From: Candidatus Aminicenantes bacterium
GTDB taxonomy: Bacteria; Acidobacteriota; Aminicenantia; UBA2199
NCBI GenBank assembly: GCA_022865785.1
Contig: JALHTJ010000206.1
Span: 1-44,789 of the forward strand
Reading direction: 5' to 3'
DNA: 44,789 nucleotides
A program made the translations under genes and the position numbers. Below the pieces are notes generated by a model that did not search any database, was not told the origin of the DNA, and worked only from the letters and a program-made list of their open reading frames with translations. Positions 36,429-44,142 of this stretch are shown here, piece by piece (the stretch's first letter is position 1; each line of letters opens with the position of its first letter).

Positions 36429-37184
36429 CTATTGCCTTTGCCCATCGGTTTTGGCTGTTTCTTGCTTTTGCGGCATGGCGAACATGGTGTCGGCCATGGC
36501 CGGATTGAGTTCAAGCGTTGCCATGATCATTTGCATCTGGGTCTTGCCGTTCAACTTGTTTTCCACATAGAACGGCATCATCATGCCGTCAACCGGTTTG
36601 TAGTCGCCATAGAGGATCTCATTCAGGGTCTCGGTCTCGCCGATTTTCACGGTCAGGGTACTTTTCACTTCAAGGCCGCTTGCGGCGTCCAGATAAAAAA
36701 ATATTTCCCTGCCGTCGGGCTTGGTCAGTTTCAGCTTGAACACCGGCGTCCCTTCCATCTCTTCCTTGCCCAGGAGTTCGAGCGGGTAGCCCTTTTCCTT
36801 GAAAACGACCAGGGGATTCTCGAAATCGGCCTGTTCCGCGAATAACTTGGCCTGTCCCGGCTCCATTTCCTGGGGCTCTTCAGACAGGAAGGGCATGATC
36901 CACCAAGCCTTCTGTCCGTCATAGGCCTGGACTATCTTCTTGTCCTGGAACCGGCTTTCCACCCGCATCTTATCGGGATATTTCTGCCACATTACCATGG
37001 GCATTTCCAGGCCCTGTTCGGGGATGACGATCTTGCCGGTTATCTTCATGGACGTGACGGCCTTGAGTTTGTCCAGTCCGCCGTGGGCCTGATAATTCAG
37101 GGCCAGGATCTCGTCCAGGGTCTGGGCGCACAACAGCCCGCCCAGCAACGATGCCGCCCAGGCCAAAACAAAAATCCTCTTCAT
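36429..37184 (-). CDS. LolA-fold outer-membrane lipoprotein-sorting-like protein
   Basis: I take the start at ATG 37184 (GGAGG 6 nt upstream): MKRIFVLAWAASLLGGLLCAQ. The rest (LDEILALNYQAHGG..., MRVESRFQDKKIVQAYDGQKAWW) resembles LolA/LppX-fold periplasmic proteins. Confidence 0.6.
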   Translation of the reverse strand: MKRIFVLAWAASLLGGLLCAQTLDEILALNYQAHGGLDKLKAVTSMKITGKIVIPEQGLEMPMVMWQKYPDKMRVESRFQDKKIVQAYDGQKAWWIMPFLSEEPQEMEPGQAKLFAEQADFENPLVVFKEKGYPLELLGKEEMEGTPVFKLKLTKPDGREIFFYLDAASGLEVKSTLTVKIGETETLNEILYGDYKPVDGMMMPFYVENKLNGKTQMQMIMATLELNPAMADTMFAMPQKQETAKTDGQRQ

Positions 37185-37282
37185 CTGCGCCTCCTGATGC
37201 CAAGAAAGCCATTGTAACATACCGCTATTTTTTACCATAGCGCTGAACGACCATCGCGACTCGCTAAATGACCGGATGGGAA

Positions 37283-40200
37283 TTATGCCTTGTCCAGCTC
37301 GCGGCGAATGGCCTGGCAGATCTTTTCAAGGATGAATGGTTTCTGTATAAAAGCGCCCGCCCCCAGATCAAGGGCCTTTTTGGCCCGTTCGGTCTCGGAA
37401 AAGCCACTGACGATGATGGCTTTCTGCCGCGGTCGTATGGCCAGAATGCGACGAAAGGTTTCCAGCCCGTCAATACCCCGATCCATGATCATGTCCAGAA
37501 TGACCAAATCCGCGGCATGGTCCCGCAGGTATTGAAGCGCTTCCTCGCCGCTAGCCGCTGTCTGCACCTGGTAGCCTACCCGGGTCAGCATGGATGTGGC
37601 TAACTCACGCTGCTCTGGCATGTCATCGACAACCAGGATGGACTCGCCCCTGCCCATGAATTGAGCCAATGAGGCAGGGGACTGACTCATTTGCCGGCTT
37701 TTCTCGGTGACAGGAAAATAAAGAGTAAAGGTCGATCCCTTGCCTAATTCGCTCTGAGCGTCGATATAACCGTTATGGTCCTTGACCGTTCCCCAGACCA
37801 CGGCCAGGCCCAAGCCTGTGCCGCTGCGCCCCATGTTTTTTTTGGTATAAAAGGGTTCGAAAATTCGCCCGATGTCCTCGGAAAGGATGCCGGTGCCGGT
37901 GTCACTCACCGCCAACACGGCATAGTCCCCGGCTTGCATCTCCTCGTGTCCCGAGACGGACTTTTCCAAAAAGCGGTTGCTCGTGGTGATGGTGACCGTG
38001 CCGCCTGTGGGCATTGCCTCGGTGGCATTCAGGACAAGGTTCATCACAGATTTTTCGAGATGCACCGGCGACCCTATCACGTTGAGCAGGTCCGGCGCCA
38101 GCGAGGTCTCGACCCTGACTTGAGGATACAACGACTTGAGTTTCAGGAATTCAGGGGAATTCAGGTAATCGCCGACCAGATCATTCAGGTTGGTCACCTC
38201 GGAAACGGAAACTCCACGCCGCGCCAGAGTCAGCAGATCCTGGATGATGGCCGCCCCGCGCTCCGAGGACTTCAGAATGTTGGTGGCATACTGGCGCTGG
38301 GGAGTATCCTTTTCCATTCCCAGCAGCAGCAGTTCCGCATAGCCGCTTAAAACCCCAAGTACGTTGTTCAAGTCGTGAGCCACACCCCCGGCCAGTGTGC
38401 CTATGGCTTCCATCTTTTCCACCCGCTGCAGGCGCTCCTCAAGACGATGACGCTCCTCTTCCACTTGCATGTATTCGCTGAAATCCTCGATAAGTCCCTG
38501 AACCCCGACAACCGCGCGGTCGGCAGCGAAAATAGGCACAAGATGCGAGCGGAGGTAAACTTTCTTTCCCCATTTCGAGGTGTAGGGATGTTCGCTGGTG
38601 AATAGGCTGGCCTCGTCCAGGCATTTTTTAAAATCGCCCGCGATCCCGGAATCAACCATGGGCGGGAAAGTGAAGATGTTGATCTCTTTCGTGGCTTCGG
38701 GCGAAGGCGAGTCGAGAATCCGCAACAACGCCGGGTTGACGTCGAGAATGCGTCCTTCGCGATCGATGACGATGATGCCCAGAGGGGCATTATCGGCCAT
38801 CCGCCTGAAACGCTCTTCGCTCTCGCGCAACGCCTCCTCCGCTCTTTTGCGCTCAATCAACATCGCCACTTGGTTGGAGACAAATACCAGTATGTTCTTG
38901 TCGGCCTCACTGTAACGGACCGACTCGGTGTAGGTCTGAACGGTCATCACCCCAATCGTTTCACCCCTCTGCGTCCGCAGCGGTACTCCCAACCAGTCAA
39001 GCGAGGGCGCGCCGATTGACTCGACTTCCCCGGATGCGACCAGCCGCTCGAAGACCTCCGGCGCCGCCAGCAGCGGCTTCCCTGTCCGCAGTACATATTC
39101 GGTTAGTCCCTTGCTTAAATCGCCGCGGGGAGGAACCTCATCAACTTCGTCGACCCAGTAGGGAAAATGAATCACCTTCGAGCTCAGGTCGTAAAGGGCG
39201 ATGTAAAAATTCCTGGCCGGCATCAGTTCACCGATGGTGGCATGGATAGAGCGGATCAGCTGATTCAGATTGATCGCGGTTTGGGCCGATTCCGAGATCT
39301 GGTAAATAGCTTTCTGCACCTGCTCAGACCGCTTCCTTTCAGTGATATCCTCACAAACAATGAAGATCGTCGAATGACCGTCGGTCTGGCGCACAGCCCG
39401 GGCCATATCTTTTGACCAGATCAGGCGCCCGTCCTTATGGATTTTTCGCGATTCCCAGTTAACAACTTCCATGGGGCGCTGCAAACAGGAAGCCAGCTGC
39501 CTCTGCACGTCAGGCCTGTCATCCGGAAAAAACACATTGAGGAACGACTGACCGACCAGCTCTGCCGCTGAATAACCCAACTGTTCGCATCCCGAACGGT
39601 TGACAGAGAGGACAACACCCTGGGCATCCACGGTGAAGTACATGGAGGGGTTGAATTCATACAGAATCCGGTAACGTTCCTCGCTGGTCTGCCATTCCGT
39701 TACAGCAATTTCCCTTTCATGAATTTCCTGCCGCAGCTGCTTTTCCCTTAGCTCATCTTCGATTTTTTTCTTCTGGAAAAATCGGGAAATCTCAACACTA
39801 TCGACGATTTTTCCAATTTCGGGGTTCTTCCGCAAATAGGCATCGATGCTGCCGGCAATGCGATCGGGATGGGCCATGATAAAACGGCAATGGCTATCGC
39901 CCTTGGCCTGGCACAAAATTTCCGCGGCCACCAGCGGTACCCCGAAGCTCTCCTCGCACCAACCGGAGGAATAACCGGCATTCATCACGCAAACCGGAAA
40001 ATCTGGCTTTTTCCCGACCTCCCGCCAAGCATGGGCCTCAAAGGAATAGGGATGATCGTAGACCAGTAAATAATCTGCATCGGGGGTGGGCTTGCTTCCC
40101 GGCAAGATGTCGACCAATGCCCAGCCGGAATGGGCGAAATGAATGGGTCCGGCCGACAACTTGGTAATGGGATCCTTCAGGTTCATCTTCTGGGCGAAAA

Positions 40201-40483
40201 TCTTGGCATCGGAGCTGCCAATGGCGTGGGCCAGGTCGAAGAGGAGTCCGCGCGCCAGTGACAGCGCTTCCTCTTCGCTTTTATCGGCATACAGTCGCTT
40301 GGCAATCTCGAAAAACTCGACAGACATCGACGCGGCCCGTATCAGGATGTATCTCTGCCCGCCGATATCGATCATTCCCCTGGCTGCATCCTCCACCTTT
40401 GTGCTGAAATAGGCTCCGACCAATTCCTGAGCTTTGGCGAAGATCTCGCGAAACTTGCTGGGAACTTTTACAGTTCTCTTCAT
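37283..40483 (-). CDS. Hybrid sensor histidine kinase: XylR_N/V4R-like - PAS - GAF - PAS - HisKA - HATPase - receiver
   Basis: 1066 aa. The N-terminal ~210 aa resemble the XylR/DmpR effector-binding region (GQRYILIRAASMSVEFF..., GYSSGWCEESFG, CRFIMAHP). H-box GGVAHDLNN, N-box LVLNATEAM, G-boxes DTGTGI/GTGLGL. The receiver has ILVVDD...LVILDMIMD. Confidence 0.9.
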   Translation of the reverse strand: MKRTVKVPSKFREIFAKAQELVGAYFSTKVEDAARGMIDIGGQRYILIRAASMSVEFFEIAKRLYADKSEEEALSLARGLLFDLAHAIGSSDAKIFAQKMNLKDPITKLSAGPIHFAHSGWALVDILPGSKPTPDADYLLVYDHPYSFEAHAWREVGKKPDFPVCVMNAGYSSGWCEESFGVPLVAAEILCQAKGDSHCRFIMAHPDRIAGSIDAYLRKNPEIGKIVDSVEISRFFQKKKIEDELREKQLRQEIHEREIAVTEWQTSEERYRILYEFNPSMYFTVDAQGVVLSVNRSGCEQLGYSAAELVGQSFLNVFFPDDRPDVQRQLASCLQRPMEVVNWESRKIHKDGRLIWSKDMARAVRQTDGHSTIFIVCEDITERKRSEQVQKAIYQISESAQTAINLNQLIRSIHATIGELMPARNFYIALYDLSSKVIHFPYWVDEVDEVPPRGDLSKGLTEYVLRTGKPLLAAPEVFERLVASGEVESIGAPSLDWLGVPLRTQRGETIGVMTVQTYTESVRYSEADKNILVFVSNQVAMLIERKRAEEALRESEERFRRMADNAPLGIIVIDREGRILDVNPALLRILDSPSPEATKEINIFTFPPMVDSGIAGDFKKCLDEASLFTSEHPYTSKWGKKVYLRSHLVPIFAADRAVVGVQGLIEDFSEYMQVEEERHRLEERLQRVEKMEAIGTLAGGVAHDLNNVLGVLSGYAELLLLGMEKDTPQRQYATNILKSSERGAAIIQDLLTLARRGVSVSEVTNLNDLVGDYLNSPEFLKLKSLYPQVRVETSLAPDLLNVIGSPVHLEKSVMNLVLNATEAMPTGGTVTITTSNRFLEKSVSGHEEMQAGDYAVLAVSDTGTGILSEDIGRIFEPFYTKKNMGRSGTGLGLAVVWGTVKDHNGYIDAQSELGKGSTFTLYFPVTEKSRQMSQSPASLAQFMGRGESILVVDDMPEQRELATSMLTRVGYQVQTAASGEEALQYLRDHAADLVILDMIMDRGIDGLETFRRILAIRPRQKAIIVSGFSETERAKKALDLGAGAFIQKPFILEKICQAIRRELDKA

Positions 40484-40705
40484 AAGCCCAATCTCATGGG
40501 CAAATATTCAGAAAGGCCAAGAATTGAAGTTTGGTTTCGATCTTTCATTTTTTACCGCCGTCTCCCCCAATAATCGAGACACGTTTCTAATAACACACAA
40601 TGAGTCTACTAATTTTAAAATGATTTTTCAAGTCGGCTCAACCATAATGGCCTGGTGACCCTGGCCACACATTTCCGAGAAATATAAAATTCGCCTGTCA
40701 TTGCC

Positions 40706-40734
40706 TTGATTTATTTCCGCCGCTGCTTTAGAAT
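40706..40734 (+). promoter_or_regulatory. Sigma-70-type promoter ahead of cdd
   Basis: TTGATT (40706-40711), 17-nt spacer, TAGAAT (40729-40734). GGAGG lies at 40766-40770, before ATG 40774. Confidence 0.45.
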
Positions 40735-40773
40735 TTACAATTGCGCCCCTGCCAACGGGCGCGCCGGAGGATC

Positions 40774-41169
40774 ATGGCCGATAAAAAGGAAGAATTGCTG
40801 GCCGCGGCCAGGAAGGCGCGGAAAAATGCCTATGCCCCCTACTCCCAATTCCACGTGGGCGCGGCCGTGCTCGGCGCCGGCGGCAGGATATTCAGCGGCT
40901 GCAACGTGGAAAACGCCTCGTTCGGACTGACCTGCTGCGCCGAGCGCAACGCCATTTTCGCCATGGTTGCCGCCGGCGAGAGGGAAATTCGCGAGATCCT
41001 GGTCATCGGCGAGAGCGAGGAGTTCCTCCCCCCCTGCGGCGCCTGCCGCCAGGTGATCGCCGAGTTCGCAACGCCGCCGACAGTGGTGCACATGTGCAAC
41101 CGCGAAGGCCAAAGCCACGACACCACCGTGGCCGAGCTGGTGCCGTTCATCTTTCACCTGAAAAAATGA
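40774..41169 (+). CDS. cdd: Cytidine deaminase (homotetrameric type)
   Basis: 131 aa from ATG 40774. The motifs YSQFHVGAA, CAERNAI and PCGACRQ are the Zn-binding C...CxxC signature. Confidence 0.93.
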   Translation: MADKKEELLAAARKARKNAYAPYSQFHVGAAVLGAGGRIFSGCNVENASFGLTCCAERNAIFAMVAAGEREIREILVIGESEEFLPPCGACRQVIAEFATPPTVVHMCNREGQSHDTTVAELVPFIFHLKK

Positions 41170-41212
41170 ACATGGGTTTCACTATAATTATATACAAAAG
41201 AGCAAGGACAAA

Positions 41213-42043
41213 ATGATTGATCTGGACAAGGAAACATTGGCCAAAATGATCGACCACACCGAGCTGAGCGCCCACTCCGGCGAAAAAAAGATCGCCAACC
41301 TGTGCAGCGAAGCGCGCAGCTTCGGTTTTTATACTGTCTGCATCAACGGCGCCTATGCCCGCTTTGCCGCGGAAAAACTCCAGGGCAGCGGCGTCCTGGT
41401 CTGCAGCGTGGTCGGATTTCCGCTCGGGGCCGGAACCAGCACCGCCAAGGCCTTTGAAGCCCGCGAAGCGGTGGGCAACGGCGCCGCCGAAATCGACATG
41501 GTGGTCAACGTCGGCGCCCTGCGCGACAAGAGACTGGACCTGGTCCGCGACGACATCGCTGGCGTGGTGGAAGCCAGCCGGCCCGCCTTGGTCAAGGTTA
41601 TCCTGGAGACCTGCTTCCTGACCGACGAGGAGATCGTCCGCGGCTGCGAACTGTCGGTCGAAGCCGGGGCCAAGTTCGTCAAGACTTCGACCGGTTTCGG
41701 GGCCTTCGGCGCCTTCCCCGACCACGTGCGCCTTATGCGCCGGACCGTGGGTCCCGACATCGGAGTCAAGGCCTCGGGAGGCATCCGCAATTTCAAAGAC
41801 GCCTGGCGGCTGATCCGGGCCGGCGCTTCCCGTTTGGGGGTGAGTTCCAGCGTGGCCATTCTGGAAGGGCTTTCCCTCTATAAATTCGCCCCGGCCGCCT
41901 GGCTCGAGGAAGAGATACCCTGCCATTTCTGCCCCTCGCGTTTCGCCAGCCTCGACAAGCAGCCCAAGGCCGTTTACGCCTATTACAAAAAGAAATGCCT
42001 GACCTGCCCGCACCTGGAAAAATTCAACAAATTCTACGAATAA
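41213..42043 (+). CDS. deoC: Deoxyribose-phosphate aldolase with ~54-aa C-terminal Cys4 extension
   Basis: The DeoC core has IDHTEL, EIDMV, the Schiff-base region FVKTSTGF and VKASGGIR. After ...VAILEG (residue 222) comes an extra tail with CHFC-x21-CLTC. Confidence 0.9.
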   Translation: MIDLDKETLAKMIDHTELSAHSGEKKIANLCSEARSFGFYTVCINGAYARFAAEKLQGSGVLVCSVVGFPLGAGTSTAKAFEAREAVGNGAAEIDMVVNVGALRDKRLDLVRDDIAGVVEASRPALVKVILETCFLTDEEIVRGCELSVEAGAKFVKTSTGFGAFGAFPDHVRLMRRTVGPDIGVKASGGIRNFKDAWRLIRAGASRLGVSSSVAILEGLSLYKFAPAAWLEEEIPCHFCPSRFASLDKQPKAVYAYYKKKCLTCPHLEKFNKFYE

Positions 42044-42053
42044 TGGAGAAAAG

Positions 42054-43823
42054 ATGAACGGTTGGATGGGAAAAATAACCAAAATCGATCTCGGCAGCCT
42101 GGAGCAGGAAACCGTGGCCATCGACGACGAAATGCGCCGCCGCTATCTCGGCGGACGCGGGCTGGGGGTCAAGCTGTACACCGACCTGTGCTCAGCCAAG
42201 ACCGATCCTTTCGCCCCTGACAATGCCCTGATCTTCATGACCGGGCCCTTGACCGGCACGGTGATGACCTCGGGCCGCTACGCGGTCGTCTCGCGCTCAC
42301 CACTGACCGGAACCATTTGCGATTCCAGCTCGGGCGGCAGCTTCGGCGCGGTTCTGAAGAGCGCCGGGCTGGACGGACTGGTCATCCAGGGCCGGGCCGA
42401 CCATCCCGTCTACCTCTACATCCATGACGGCGGCATAGAAGTCCGCGACGCTGCGGGCTTGTGGGGTTTGAATACCCAGCAGACCCAGAAAGCGATCCAG
42501 GAGCAAACCCCGGCAAAAACTTCGGTGGCCTGCATCGGCCCGGCCGGGGAAAACCGGGTGGCGTTCGCGGCTATCATGAACGACAAGGACCGTGCCGCCG
42601 GCCGCGGCGGCATGGGTGCCGTCATGGGCGCCAAAAACCTGAAAGCCATCGCCGCCTCCGGCAGCCAGGCTGTGACCATCGCCGACCCGGAAGGGTATAA
42701 GGCCATGAATGCGCGCCTCGAGCGCATTATCGATAAAAATCCGGTGACCGGCAAAGCGCTGCAGGTCCTGGGCACTTCGGTTCTGGTCAATATCATCAAC
42801 GCCCATGGCATGTTCCCGACCGAAAATTTCCGTCGCGGCATGTTCAACGATGCCGAGGGCACCAGCGGCGAAAAGATCGCCGAATCGCTGCTGCAGCGCC
42901 AAAGCGCCTGCTACAAGTGCCCCATCGGCTGCGGCCGCACTACGCGGACCAAAAACAAGCACGGCGAAGGGCCGGAATACGAAACTGTGTGGGCCTTCGG
43001 AGCCCAGTTGGGGGTCAGTGACCTGACCGCTATCACCGAAGCCAACTACGCCTGCAACGAACTGGGCCTCGACACCATCACCATGGGCAGCACCATCGGC
43101 TGCGCCATGGAACTCAGCGAGACCGGGGCCTGGAAGGAAAAATTGGACTGGGGCGATGCAAGCAAACTTCTGGCTTTCGTGGAAGACACTGCCTACCGCA
43201 GAGGGATCGGCGCCGAACTCGCGCTGGGCTCCAAGCGCCTGGCCGAAAAATACGGCCGTCCGGAACTGGCCATGCAGGTCAAGGGCATGGAGATCCCGGC
43301 CTATGACCCGCGCGGCGTCCAGGGCATGGCCCTGAGCTATGCCACCTCCAACCGCGGCGGCTGCCACATGCGCGCCTATATGATATCCCCCGAGATCCTC
43401 GGCCACCCGGTTTTCCTGGACCGTTTTTCGACCGTCGGCAAGGCCGAGATCGTGGCCCTGTTCCAGGATATTTCCGCCCTGGTGGATTCAACCGTGCTCT
43501 GCCGCTTCCTGCAAATCGCCATGGGCATCTCCACTTTTACCGAGATGCTGCGCACGGTCACCGGCCTGGACTTCAGCGACGAAGAGCTGTTGAAGATCGG
43601 CCGCCGCATCTATACGCTGGAAAGGGTATTCAACAACCGGGCCGGTTTCAGCCGCGGTGACGACACCCTGCCGCCGCGCTTTTTCAATGAAGAACTCCAG
43701 ACCGGGTCGTCACGCCACCGCCTGGTGCGCCTTGAGGAAATGCTCGACGACTATTATTCAGTGCGCGGCTGGGACAAGGAAGGCGTGCCGCTGCCCCGGA
43801 CCCTGGCGGAACTCGGATTATAA
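42054..43823 (+). CDS. aor: Aldehyde:ferredoxin oxidoreductase family (tungstopterin, 4Fe-4S) enzyme
   Basis: 589 aa. The N-terminus MNGWMGKITKIDL...YLGGRGLG, the Fe-S/pterin region CYKCPIGCGR and GCHMRAYM are typical of the AOR family. Confidence 0.93.
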   Translation: MNGWMGKITKIDLGSLEQETVAIDDEMRRRYLGGRGLGVKLYTDLCSAKTDPFAPDNALIFMTGPLTGTVMTSGRYAVVSRSPLTGTICDSSSGGSFGAVLKSAGLDGLVIQGRADHPVYLYIHDGGIEVRDAAGLWGLNTQQTQKAIQEQTPAKTSVACIGPAGENRVAFAAIMNDKDRAAGRGGMGAVMGAKNLKAIAASGSQAVTIADPEGYKAMNARLERIIDKNPVTGKALQVLGTSVLVNIINAHGMFPTENFRRGMFNDAEGTSGEKIAESLLQRQSACYKCPIGCGRTTRTKNKHGEGPEYETVWAFGAQLGVSDLTAITEANYACNELGLDTITMGSTIGCAMELSETGAWKEKLDWGDASKLLAFVEDTAYRRGIGAELALGSKRLAEKYGRPELAMQVKGMEIPAYDPRGVQGMALSYATSNRGGCHMRAYMISPEILGHPVFLDRFSTVGKAEIVALFQDISALVDSTVLCRFLQIAMGISTFTEMLRTVTGLDFSDEELLKIGRRIYTLERVFNNRAGFSRGDDTLPPRFFNEELQTGSSRHRLVRLEEMLDDYYSVRGWDKEGVPLPRTLAELGL

Positions 43824-43824
43824 A

Positions 43825-44112
43825 TTGGCCGGCAAGATCGTGGTTAAATTTTACGGGCTTTTACGACGCCAGGTACATGCCCCAGTGTTGGAAATCGCCA
43901 GCGATGAGCTCAATATTTTACAACTGCTGCAGTTGGCAAAGGACAAAACCGGGCAAAATTTCCTCTCCGAATTGCTCGACCCGGAAAAAAAGCTTCTGAC
44001 CGGGACCATCATCCTGGTCAACGGCGAGAATATCCGCCTGAAGCAGAACCTGGAGACGCTGGTCCGCGGCGGCGACAGCATCGACCTTTTCTCCCCCGCC
44101 GGCGGCGGCTGA
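43825..44112 (+). CDS. MoaD/ThiS-family small ubiquitin-like protein ending in Gly-Gly
   Basis: The frame is open across the aor stop. Plausible starts are TTG 43825 or GTG 43840 (MVKFYGLLRR), and the start is uncertain. It ends ...LFSPAGGG*. Size (~90 aa) and the VKFYG...ILVNG...D.I..F.P..GG pattern fit MoaD-like carriers. Confidence 0.6.
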   Translation: MAGKIVVKFYGLLRRQVHAPVLEIASDELNILQLLQLAKDKTGQNFLSELLDPEKKLLTGTIILVNGENIRLKQNLETLVRGGDSIDLFSPAGGG

Positions 44113-44142
44113 GGCATCCCCGGGACGGGACAGCGAGGTAAA

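Noticed and set aside
40434-40658. A 74-aa + strand ORF covering most of the 290-nt AT-rich spacer between the histidine kinase and cdd.
   Set aside because: It starts inside the kinase coding region on the opposite strand. It has no SD sequence, and its composition is typical of translated AT-rich non-coding DNA. The spacer itself is probably promoter or operator space for the two divergent units. I found no convincing palindromic operator.
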